From: Oculina patagonica
Lineage: Eukaryota
Direction of reading: 5' to 3'
Assembly: GCF_052425735.1 (NCBI RefSeq)
Contig: NC_135766.1
Span: 16,864,001 to 16,928,000 of the forward strand
Length of the DNA stretch: 64,000 nucleotides
Below, one piece after another: positions 25,200 to 37,410 of the stretch. The position numbers and the translations under genes are program-made. The notes under the pieces are model-generated. The model did no database searches, was not told where the DNA came from, and worked only from the letters and a program-made list of their open reading frames with translations. How positions within the stretch are numbered: position 1 is the stretch's first letter; every line of letters begins with the position of its first letter.

Positions 25200-28100
25200 A
25201 GACGCGAACCAACGCTTTGAACACGAATCCTTGCCTTACCTTTTAATTGATACTAATGAAGACGCGAACCAACACTTTGAACACGAAACCTTGTAATTGC
25301 TTAACTTTTTATTGATACTTTTGAAGACGCGAACCAACGCTTTGAACACTAAACCTCGCTTAACTTTTTATTGATACTTATGAAGACGCAAACCAACGCT
25401 TTGAACACGAAACCTTGCTTAACATTTTAATGATACTTGTGAACGCATTGAACACGAAACCTTGCTTAACATTTTATTGATACTTATGAAGTCGCGAACC
25501 AACGCTTTGAACACGAAACCTTGCTTACCTTTTTTACTAAAAGAACTAATTAATCCGAGTGGCGGGGTTAAGGTACTGTGCGCTTAAACGGTGCATAAAA
25601 TTTCGCATCCTTGACTAAATATTTACAAGTAAAATATCCACAGCATTCAAATAAACACAAAAATATAAAACTATAGCCCTCATATGGCGCCAATTGTTTA
25701 CCTATTAAAAGACGCGGCATTAAAGCGAACATGCAATGTTGTTTTTCTAACCAAAACCGGGTAAACGAGCAATAAATTGTTTGTTTAAAATGAAACCTAC
25801 TATTTGGAAACTGGATTTATTTTGCATAGCAACATATTACCTGCCAAGGAATTGTAATGTTTCCATTAAGAAGAGTAAAAAGGCCTCTAGTGATCAAGTG
25901 CTTTGTTTTATTTTGAGCTCTTTTGGGTTCCAAGTAGAGATGACTGAAGCAGGTGTGTTCATGGCTACCTTTATAGATATTTTTTTTTAAGTTCAGAAAG
26001 CTTTTGTTGACATTTCAATTTCAATGATATATAACATGGCCGCACCTAGTAAATACGACAAACGGTAATACTGCAAACCGAGTCCTAACTAACAATGAGT
26101 TTGTTTTAAATGTGACTCTCCAAGGAAAAACAGGGACAAAGGTGAAAGCATACTCATAACACTCTACCACTTTAAAACAAAAGATTTCGATTTTAGCACG
26201 CTTTAAGCGTGTTCAGAAACTTGCCTCATTACTGAAGCTTTTGTTTCACAGGACACACTAAACACAGTAAAGCGTGCGCAGCAAAACAAAGAAGCGTGCA
26301 AAGCTTAAAAACAAAAGCTGCTTGCGAAATAACACAACGCGCTAAGTATGCTAAGTTTACTTTTGAGCTCTTTTGGGTTCCAAGTAAAGTCGACTGAAGC
26401 AGGTTTGTTCATGGCTACCTTTAAAGATAATTGTGTAAGTTGTTGACATGTGATTTTCAATGATAAATAACATGGCGCACTAACAACGCTAGCGCTTTGA
26501 ACACGAAACCTTGCTTAACTTTTCATTGATCCTTGTGAGGACGCTAACCAACGCATTGAACACGAAACCTTGCTTAATTTTTTTTTAATACTTGTGAAGA
26601 AACGAACCAACGCTTTGAACACGAAACCTTGCTTAACATTTTATTGATACTAAGGAAGACGCGAACCAACGCTTTGAACACGAAACCTTGCTTACCCTTT
26701 TTTTTTACTAAAAGAACTAATTAATCCGAGTGGCGGGGTTAAGGCACTGTGCGCTGTGCCGCTCTCTTCTTCTACAACACTCTTTTGAAGATGCAGTTTC
26801 TCCTCTTGGATGGCGCTTACTGGAATTCCCATTCGAACAAACTTAAAAATTTGAGGCAACAATTATCCTACTTCGGAGACGATGTCGTGTCTAATTTCTT
26901 TGAGCGTTTTGCTTAGAAAAGCTGCTGTTCGTTCGACAAACGCAAAAGCGCGGTCACTGCTCTTTATCTTTACTAGAATTTCCGACATTTTCAATTTCTC
27001 GGTCGCTTCCGCGAAAAATTTACAAATGAATGATTCGATTATTCGATTCGTGATCTTTATCTTTCAATCTTGCGGTGAAGGCATGTCAATCAAATTGAAT
27101 CATGAAATGTTCGCGTGAATATTGGAACCTTACGTCGCCGAGCGTTCATGCGTGAAGCGCGTTGACTGTAATATTGCAAAACTGGCCACAAACATGACTC
27201 ACCACAGTGGGATTTTCTCGTTCAGGTGTTTTCTTCTTCTGCCTAAGCCTTCGTTACTGGTTAGCGCTCTGTGAAGAACTGAATGCAATCGGTGTCTTTC
27301 TGTGCTTTAAGTGCCCTCGATAGTAACGATGGAATATAAAATTTACATCTGTCAAGCACGATAATTGTGTTTAATTGCTGGCGACAGCTATCTAGACTTA
27401 CTGGCGCCAGTTGGGTCTGCAAACAGCGCATGTTTAGCTGCATTCACCTTTCTAAAGATTTTTTTAATATTTAGTAAATATAGAATTTTCAACGAGTTGA
27501 AAAAACTGCAAATTCTCACTTATCATATAATCTTCAACAAAAGTAAAAGCAGCCATAGAGAGTTAGAATACTCGCAGTTATTCTTGTATTTTGAAACCCA
27601 AATTTAAGGCTAAAACAAGGCGAAATTAACGCTCAAAAATTTCATTTTTTGAAATATATTGACAAGCACTGCGAAGTAATGATGACGAAGTTGTCACCAG
27701 TTGTCACCTACGAATATCATTAAATAAGTTCAGAAAGCTTTTGTCGACATCTTAAATTCAAAGATACATAACGCGACTGTTTAAAAGCACTTAGTAAATG
27801 AATAGGACAGTAAATGTCAACTGAACTGACTTTTGAGGAAAATACTTTCTCTGAAGCAGACGAAACGTTTATCGGAGTTGTCTCGCATGACATGGCGCTA
27901 ATTGTTTACCATTAATATAAAGATCACGAGGCGAAAGGCGTTCATGCAATAATATTGTTTTTTCTAACGAAACCGTTTAGCGAGTAATAAATAATTGGAA
28001 ATGAAACCAACTATTTGGAAACTCGGAAACTGTTTCACGATTGCCATTCACAACTTTTCGAGGGTTGCAATATTGGTTGAGTTGATGTATTATTTTGGTA

Positions 28101-29240
28101 ATTTTCTGATAAGCTGATTTTTCCCATAGCAACATATTTCCATTTGACAAAATTTAAAAGGTCTGTAATTGATGCGGTGCTTTGTTTGCTTTTGAGTTCA
28201 AAGTAGGGGTGACGAAAGAGGTTTGTTTATGGATCTCTGCTTATGGTTACATTCAAAGATAATTCGTTAAGTTCAGGTATCGCATGACATGGCGCTAATT
28301 GTTTACCATTACAGATCAGTACTTTCTCTCAAACAGGTGACACCTTTTTATTATTATTCGGAATTGCCCTCATATGGCGCCAATTGTTTACCTATTACAA
28401 ATCGCGACATTAAAGCGAACATGCAATGTTGTTTTTCTAACGAAACCGGGTAAACGAACAATAAATTGTTTGTTTAAAATGAAACCTTCGTTTTGGAAAC
28501 TTGGAAACTGTTTCACGATTGCAAATCACAATTTTTTTAAGGTTGGCGATATTAGTTTTAAGTCGAATGAATAATCATTTTGGTAAATTTCTGAAAGGTG
28601 ATTTATATCACATAGCAACATACTACCTGCCAAGGTAAGGGACTCTTTACATGAGAGCCGAGATGAGTTTCGTCCCAGCATGAATTTCGTCTCGGGATGA
28701 AAAAAAAAATCATTTTACATGAGCGTGTTCATCCCGGAATAAGTCGTCTCGCCCGAGTTGAATACATCTCGGCTGTGCTTACATAACATTACTTTTCATC
28801 CCGGGAAGGACTGTTTACATGGGGTTTTTCGTCACGTGTCATCCCGGGATGACATTTCATCCTAGCCTGCGAACAGGCTTTCCGGAGTTTTTTTCCCGAT
28901 AGCGCTAGGACGGCGCGAAGCGTCGGCGACGAGGTGCGAAGCGCCGGGAAGGAAAGCCTGCACGCATCTCTCAGGTTATCGAGTGTTCGCGTCCAAATTT
29001 CGGACGCAGTGTGCTGATTGGTGGATTTGTGACGTTGTCGATGTTTTTCATTTCCGGTAGAAACAAAAATCAAAATAGAACGTGTCTAGTTTGAATTGCT
29101 GGGTCTTGAGAACGGCGTTAGCGACTGCTTGCCAATTTTAAATATGTAAATAGTAATTTTTATTTTAATTTTTTTTATTTTAATTTTTTTCTCGGAAATA
29201 TTAGCTTGTCAAGCTACTCTAAATTCGAGTTTAAATAAAG

Positions 29241-29308
<68 letters not shown>

Positions 29309-32114
29309 TCTTCGCGAGAAGGATAACCTTCCTTTCATTTCCCTTACATCCGGCCACAAGATCAGAATTTTTACTCGAATCGATAATATCCTCAATATTC
29401 AAAAGCGCGTCTTCATTCTCTTAACTTTCCATTGATACTATTGAAGACGCGAACCAACGCTTTGAACGCGAAACCTTGCTTAACTTTTTATTCATACCTG
29501 TGTAGACGCGAACCAAAGCTTTGAACACGAAACCTTGCTTTACTTTTTATTGATACTAATGAAGACGCGAACCATTGCTTTGAACACGAAACCTTGTAAT
29601 TGCTTAACTTTTTATTGATACTTATGAAGACGCGAACCAACGCTTTGAACACTAAACCTCGCTTAACTTTTTATTGATACTAATGAAGACGCGAACCAAC
29701 GCTTTGAACACGAAACCTTGCTTAACATTTTAATGATACTTGTGAACGCATTGAACACGGAACCTTGCTTAACATTTTAATGATACTTGTGAACGCATTG
29801 AACACGAAACCTTGCTTAACATTTTATTGATACTTATGAAGTCGCGAACCAACGCTTTGAACACGAAACCTTGCTTACCTTTTTTACTAAAAGAACTAAT
29901 TAATCCGAGTGGCGGGGTTAAGGTACTGTGCGCTTAAACGGTGCATAAAATTTCGCATCCTTGACTAAATATTTACAAGTAAAATATCCACAGCATTCAA
30001 ATAAACACAAAAATATAAAAATATTGCCCTTATATGGCGCCAATTGTTTACCTATTAAAAGACGCGGCATTAAAGCGAACATGCAATGTTGTTTTTCTAA
30101 CCAAAACCGGGTAAACGAGCAATAAATTGTTTGTTTAAAATGAAACCTACTATTTGGAAACTGGATTTATTTTGCATAGCAACATATTACCTGCCAAGGA
30201 ATTGTAATGTTTCCATTAAGAAGAGTAAAAAGGCCTCTAGTGATCAAGTGCTTTGTTTTATTTTGAGCTCTTTTGGGTTCCAAGTAGAGATGACTGAAGC
30301 AGGTGTGTTCATGGCTACCTTTATAGATATTTTTTTAAGTTCAGAAAGCTTTTGTTGACATTTCAATTTCAATGATATATAACATGGCCGCACCTAGTAA
30401 ATACGACAAACGGTAATACTGCAAACCGAGTCCTAACTAACAATGAGTTTGTTTTAAATGTGACTCTCCAAGGAAAAACAGGGACAAAGGTGAAAGCATA
30501 CTCATAACACTCTACCACTTTAAAACAAAAGATTTCGATTTTAGCACGCTTTAAGCGTGTTCAGAAACTTGCCTCATTACTGAAGCTTTTGTTTCACAGG
30601 ACACACTAAACACAGTAAAGCGTGCGCAGCAAAACAAAGAAGCGTGCAAAGCTTAAAAACAAAAGCTGCTTGCGAAATAACACAACGCGCTAAGTATGCT
30701 AAGTTTACTTTTGAGCTCTTTTGGGTTCCAAGTAAAGTCGACTGAAGCAGGTTTGTTCATGGCTACCTTTAAAGATAATTTTGTAAGTTGTTGACATGTG
30801 ATTTTCAATGATAAATAACATGGCGCACTAACAACGCTAGCGCTTTGAACACGAAACCTTGCTTAACTTTTCATTGATCCTTGTGAGGACGCTAACCAAC
30901 GCATTGAACACGAAACCTTGCTTAATTTTTTTTTAATACTTGTGAAGAAACGAACCAACGCTTTGAACACGAAACCTTGCTTAACATTTTATTGATACTA
31001 AGGAAGACGCGAACCAACGCTTTGAACACGAAACCTTGCTTACCCTTTTTTTTTTTACTAAAAGAACTAATTAATCCGAGTGGAGGGGTTAAGGCACTGT
31101 GCGCTGTGCCGCTCTCTTCTTCTACAACACTCTTTTGAAGATGCAGTTTCTCCTCTTGGATGGCGCTTACTGGAATTCCCATTCGAACAAACTTAAAAAT
31201 TTGAGGCAACAATTATCCTACTTCGGAGACGATGTCGTGTCTAATTTCTTTGAGCGTTTTGCTTAGAAAAGCTGCTGTTCGTTCGACAAACGCAAAAGCG
31301 CGGTCACTGCTCTTTATCTTTACTAGAATTTCCGACATTTTCAATTTCTCGGTCGCTTCCGCGAAAAATTTACAAATGAATGATTCGATTATTCGATTCG
31401 TGATCTTTATCTTTCAATCTTGCGGTGAAGGCATGTCAATCAAATTGAATCATGAAATGTTCGCGTGAATATTGGAACCTTACGTCGCCGAGCGTTCATG
31501 CGTGAAGCGCGTTGACTGTAATATTGCAAAACTGGCCACAAACATGACTCACCACAGTGGGATTTTCTCGTTCAGGTGTTTTCTTCTTCTGCCTAAGCCT
31601 TCGTTACTGGTTAGCGCTCTGTGAAGAACTGAATGCAATCGGTGTCTTTCTGTGCTTTAAGTGCCCTCGATAGTAACGATGGAATATAAAATTTACATCT
31701 GTCAAGCACGATAATTGTGTTTAATTGCTGGCGACAGCTATCTAGACTTACTGGCGCCCTGCAAACAGCGCATGTTTAGCTGCATTCACCTTTCTAAAGA
31801 TTTTTTTAATATTTAGTAAATATAGAATTTTCAACGAGTTGAAAAAACTGCAAATTCTCACTTATCATATAATCTTCAACAAAAGTAAAAGCAGCCATAG
31901 AGAGTTAGAATACTCGCAGTTATTCTTGTATTTTGAAACCGAAATTTAAGGCTAAAACAAGGAGAAATTAACGCTCAAAAATTTCATTTTTTGAAATATA
32001 TTGACAAGCACTGCGGAGTAATGATGAAGAAGTTGTCACCAGTTGTCACCTACTAATATAATTAAATAAGTTCAGAAAGCTTTTGTCGACATCTTAAATT
32101 CAAAGATACATAAC
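25200..32114 (+). repeat. Tandem segmental duplication, offset 4350 bp (about 25200-27772 vs 29500-32114), plus shorter re-duplicated modules to about 33560
   Basis: Identical or near-identical ORF translations at 25781/30131 and 26882/31232; an 8-bp indel at 27409 vs 31759; 28145-28860 recurs at about 32855-33560. Confidence 0.9.
29243..29305. repeat. (TTA)n microsatellite
   Basis: About 21 perfect TTA units. Confidence 0.95.
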
Positions 32115-33338
32115 GTGAGGTTGGCGATATTAGTTTTAAGTCGAATAAATAATCATTTTGGTAAATTTCTGAAAGGTGATTTTATACCACATAGCAACAT
32201 ACTACCTGCCAAAGAATTGTAATATTTCCATTAAGGGCCTCTTTACATGAGAGCCGAGATGAGTTTCGTCCCGGGATGAATTTCGTCTTGGGATGAAAAA
32301 AAATTTCATTTTACATGAGCGTGTTCATCCCGGGATAAGTCGTCCCGCCCGAGTTGAATTCATCTCGCCCGTGCTTACATAACATTAATTTTCATCCCGG
32401 GAAGGACTGTTTACATGGGGTTTTTCGTCAAGTGTCATCCCGGGATGACATTTCATCCTAGTCTGCGAACAGGCTCTCCGGAGTTTTTTTTCCCCATAGC
32501 GCATCGAGTGCTTTCAATTGTCTCCCAAAAATGATAAGAGAGTCCAGCGAACAGAACGAGTTTTACCGCCTCTCTAAAGCTTATTTTAAGAAGAAAGCCG
32601 CAGGCAACTTATTATAATTTCTTTTATCTCACCATTTTCTTTTCATATTATCTTAACATATTGTATTTTTACTATAGCTTAACTTTTAGATTTTTTAACA
32701 TTGTTAGTAAATTATTATACATTATATCATAATTTTTGTCATAGTTTTATTTATATCTTAGTCTTATATTTTAGTTTTTAATTCAGTTTGCATAGAAGAG
32801 CCAATATTGTTGGAATGCAAATAAACCATTAATATTATTATTATTATTATTTTACAAAATTTAAAAGGTCTGAAATTGATGCGGTGCTTTGTTTGCTTTT
32901 GAGTTCAAAGTAGGGGTGACGAAGGAGGTTTGTTTATGGATGTTTGCTTATGGTTACATTTAAAGACAATTCGTTATGTTCAGGTCTCGCATGACATGGC
33001 GCTAATTGTTTACCATTACAGATCAGCAGTTTCTCTCAAACAGGTGACATTTTTTTTTTTCGCCAATTGTTTACCCATTACAAGTCGCGACATTAAAGCG
33101 AACACGCAATGTTGTTTATCTAACGAAACCGGGTAAACGAACAATAAATTGTTTGTTTAAAATGAAACCTTCGTTTTGGAAACTTGGAAACTGTTCCACG
33201 ATTGCAAATCACAATTTTTTTATGGTTGGCGATATTAGTTTTAAGTCGAATAAATATTCATTTTGGTAAATTTCTGAAAGGTGATTTATACCACATAGCA
33301 ACATACTACCTGCCAAGGAATTGTAATATTTCCATTAA

Positions 33339-33707
33339 GGGCCTCTTTACATGAGAGCCGAGATGAGTTTCGCCCCGGGATGAATTTCGTCTTGGGATGA
33401 AAAAAAAATCATTTTACATGAGCGTGTTCATCCCGGGGATAAGTCGTCCCGCCCGAGTTGAATTCATCTCGCCCGTGCTTACATAACATTACTTTTCATC
33501 CCGGGAAGGACTGTTTACATGGGGTTTTTCGTCACGTGTAATCCCGGGATGACATTTCATCCCGGTGTTTCATCCCGGGTTGAAATCGTCCCGGGATGAA
33601 CTCATCCCGGGACGAAATCATGTATCATCATGTAAATAGCAACAAGAAAATGACCAGACACCGAGATGAATTCATCCCGGAACGAAAACTCTCATGTAAA
33701 GAGGCCC
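33339..33707. mobile_element. Harbinger-like MITE with TAA TSD (truncated copies near 28639 and 32235)
   Basis: taa-gggcctctttacatgagag ... ctctcatgtaaagaggccc-taa; internal tcatcccggga repeats. Confidence 0.85.
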
Positions 33708-34135
33708 TAAGTACTCTCCAAAACCGAGGAGAAAAGGGAAGGTAAAATTTTGATCATAGTACCACTTTAACGTGTTTTCCGGCCCAGTAAAAGGCCTCCC
33801 TAATCGTGCCAGATCAAATCAAGGTGTTCACGTCTTTTATACTGCACAAAAAAATAACGCGCATTATTCCTCGCGATGTGAAATTACATTTTCTCTTTGT
33901 GGTCGAAGAAATTATTCGTTTGCAAAAAGAAGACAAGAAACTATTAATACATTTTTTTTAGGGAATATTACATTTGCACATGACATTTCTTATTTAATCT
34001 GTCGTAAATCTGATATATTGGGAAGCGTGTTGCTCTTAAACGTGAAAGCATTAAATCTAGATGACATTGTTTTTGTCATTCAGCTAAATTCGTTTTTATC
34101 GTGTAATTGAATTCAGATGAGTTCGATTCCTCATA

Positions 34136-34539
34136 CTATTCACACCAAGCTTTGAGCAGAAACATTGAGGGACAGTATGCCTGCAAAAACATACAACTTG
34201 CAAAATATCGTTCCTAGGGTTCCACTGACGCGCCATTGCCATGAGTCAGTCAGCAGTTCAGTTATTATAACAGGGATTACAACCAGTGGAAAAAGCAATT
34301 CCTGACCCGGCCATGTCCACGATGAAATGGTAAATTCTTTTTCGCAAATCCCGGTGTTTGTAGACGATGATGATTAGGAAGATGTTTCCGAAAAGACTGC
34401 CCAGGAAAATAAAACAATAAGCGCAACCTTTAGAAATTCTCCCTGCAGTCGAACTAACAAAGATACACGATGAGTTCTGTTGGCCCAGTGTTATTTCGTT
34501 AGGACTTGTTAAAATCGTCGTATTGGATGTCAGTAACAT
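34136..34539 (-). pseudogene. GPCR copy 2, 5' half (inverted); 3' continuation on + at 35805-35960
   Basis: MLLTSNTTILTSPNE...QQNSSCIFV...GNIFLIIIVYKHRDLRK, ending at AQSLV-TGA; IAIDRFVAVVFP resumes at 35805 on +. Confidence 0.85.
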
Positions 34540-34634
34540 GATGTGCTGTTTGAGATTTCCCATCCAACCTTTTTGTGGGTGCTAGCGCTTCAAACACAAA
34601 ACTGTAATGAATAAAAACATCTGTAAATACAACA

Positions 34635-35146
34635 TACAGTCGAAGCTCTCTTAACGAACACTCTCGTAAGCGGACAGCTCTACTTACGGCCACCTTGTTT
34701 GAAACCCTGTTTTGACTCCGATACAAACTCTGTATTTTTACATTCTCGTAAGCGGACATTCTCGTAAGCGCACATTACCGTAAGCGGCCGCGGACACTTG
34801 CAGAGATTACGATTTAGACTTTTTCTTTGTTTTTAAGCTCCCGTAAGCGGACAACCCAAAGAAAATCCTATAAATAACCTCTGAATCTTGTTTTTATCAA
34901 TCAACTTCACATCGCCGTTCGTGACAATGATGTTACAGTAATTACAGGACCACATTTCAGTGCTTGTTTTGTCGTCATCCACGTTCGTCCGATTATTGTT
35001 AGCTGGGCAAGCTGCTGTAAGTGGCCATCTATCCGCTACACCTCTAGTGGCCGATTACAAGAACCATTCTCGTAAGCGGCCAGCTCCAGTTACGGGACAC
35101 TTTTCTCATGTCCCGAGGGTGTCCGCTTACGAGAGCTTCGACTGTA
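34635..35146. mobile_element. TA-flanked MITE
   Basis: tacagtcgaagctctc ... gagagcttcgactgta; inverted relative of 24242-25015 that lacks the insert. Confidence 0.85.
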
Positions 35147-35345
35147 TTCGCAAATGTAATCCAATTTCGTTGAATTTTTTTCATCTCTAAATTATAACAT
35201 AGATTGGATTCAGTCCACGTTGTGACTGGCTAAAAAGCTATACGTTTCTTTAAGAATACGATACATGGCTTTTTGTTTAATAAGGATTCCTTCTGTGTTC
35301 ATATCATATGGTTCACAAAAATACAGTGGTGGCCGTGGAATAAAA

Positions 35346-35773
35346 TACAGTAAAAACCCGCGTGTAAGAACCTACTTTTTTCAGAGTTTGGCAAAACAGG
35401 TTCTTGTATTATGGGGTACTTATTGGCAGTCGAGGCTAAGTAGGTTCTTAATTAGGTTCTTAATTTCTTTAGAGTAGACATTGTTGTTGATTATCAGAAA
35501 AAAGTATAAAATCTGGTCTCTTCTTCATTATAAATATTTATTAATGTACCAATGTTGCCAAAAGTACAACAACATTAATTGATCAATGATACAGTGCTGC
35601 AGTATCTTTTTGGTTTTTGTTAAAAAATAAAATAAAATATATAAACCCCAAAATAAGAACCTGTTGGAATTTGTTTGGCTAAACAGGTTCTTATATTTTG
35701 GGGTATTAAAAAAGCAAATTTCTGCCAGAAGGTTCTTAAATCCCTAGGTTCTTACACGCGGGTTTTTACTGTA
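35346..35773. mobile_element. TA-flanked MITE
   Basis: tacagtaaaaacccgcgtgtaagaaccta ... taggttcttacacgcgggtttttactgta perfect TIRs. Confidence 0.85.
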
Positions 35774-37119
35774 TGCCACCAAGTATAGTATCACAGTCAG
35801 GATCATAGCAATTGATAGATTTGTCGCTGTCGTTTTCCCATTGAAACGTGGGCTTATTTCAACCAAGATTCGGACAATAACCATCGTATCCACTTGGATT
35901 GTTGCAGGCTTGTTCACTTTTCCACAAATTATAACTTAAGGACTTGTTGTACATGGCCATATCATTCCTTGCCATCTCAAATTATTTTTTCTCTGGGGCA
36001 AAGAAATTACCCGTTTGTCCAAAAAGACAAAAACCAAATTATACGGTCTTTATAATCACGGATTCTGGAATAAAGAATAATGCATTTTTACTTGACATTT
36101 TGTTATTTCATCTGTCGTAAAGCTAATATACTGGCAAGCATGTTGCTCTTGAGGTATAAAAATTGGCGTTTCGGTTCCAAGTGAAATTGTGTGCAAACCT
36201 TCAATGGTAAGCCCAATAAAATATATATTCTCTGAAAGCTCATTAAAAAGATTGTAATTTTGGATTTTGTTTTGATCATATAGACCATAATAAGCAACGT
36301 CAGCATTTTGTTTACAATTACGATGTTGCGCAACATTAGGTTTATTTGAGAACACATCTACGTGAGCGTCTAAACGTTTACGAATTTGATCTACATTTAT
36401 TTTACAGTGTCTCAGATTTTTATTATCTTTCTCCATTATTTTTTGGTGATTTTTTAATCGTGAAGAAGCCCTAAAAATGCCATTGTAAAATTTAAAGATC
36501 TATAAAAAATTAATGAAGGAAGAGCTAGAAAATAAAAGGTAAATAAAAATAAAAGACTCGGACAAAGCCATCGTATCCACTTGGATTGTTGGAGGCTTGT
36601 TCTATTTTCTGGTACTGATAACTTTTGGACTTGTACATAGCAATAATACTTCTTGCCATCTCAAATTAATTTTTCTCTGTGGCAAAGAAATTACCCGTTT
36701 CAGGGTCAAAAAAGACAAAAATCAAATAATACGGTCTTGATAATCACGGAGTCTGGAATTAAGAATAATGAATTTTGACTTGTTGACATTTTGTTATTTC
36801 ATCTGTCGTAAAGCTAACATACTGGGAAGCATGTTGCTCTTAAAGGTAAAAGCATTAAACTAAATGTCATTGCTCATTTAGTTAAGCTAAATTCTTTTTT
36901 ATTGTTGAGATGAATTCAGATGAGTTCGATTTGACATATTATCTGTGATGTGATATTTGGCGGCATTTTATTCCACGGTCATGATTGTGTTTTACAATAA
37001 TGAAGTCTCCAGTAATTATTATCTTTTGTCAAACATATGATTTGAATAAAGAAGGAGTATTTATTTAACAAAAAGCCAGGTATCAAACTTTTAGAAAGCA
37101 TACAGTTTTTTACAGTTTT

Positions 37120-37152
37120 GTAGCCAATCAGAACGCACACTGAATCCAATCT
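37120..37152 (+). promoter_or_regulatory. Conserved CCAAT-box module upstream of GPCR copies
   Basis: tagccaat(c/a)..a.cgcgcg.tgaatccaatc recurs at about 37121, 55108, 58478, 60675 and 63249, roughly 180-290 bp before the ATG where a gene follows. Confidence 0.5.
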
Positions 37153-37410
37153 ACTTTATAATTTGGAGATGAAGGAAAAAAACTGCAGTGAAATTGGATT
37201 TCATTTTTTAATGTATTGTCGCGAATTAGCATGATATTTCTTCAGAAAGACTCACTTTGCTTCTTCCGTTTGCGCTGGCGTCCAGTTCTATCACCGTTCC
37301 CACTGCGCACTCGTCGATAAAAAAAAGGAACACGAAAAAATAGAGAGCTGTGGACAGTCTATAGCACCTGCAGTAAAGCTGAATTGGAGATCTAAACCAG
37401 CACATGCATC

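Larger units (their letters stand above)
23760..25535 (+). repeat. ~58-bp tandem satellite, interrupted by a MITE; further arrays at about 26490-26700, 29420-29885 and 30840-31055
   Basis: Unit gaagacgcgaaccaacgctttgaacacgaaaccttgcttaactttttattgatact(a/t)(a/g)t repeated head to tail with no unique spacers. Confidence 0.92.

Noticed and set aside
23760-25535. 58-bp array as a CRISPR array
   Set aside because: Units are contiguous with no unique spacers, there are no cas genes, and the context is eukaryotic.
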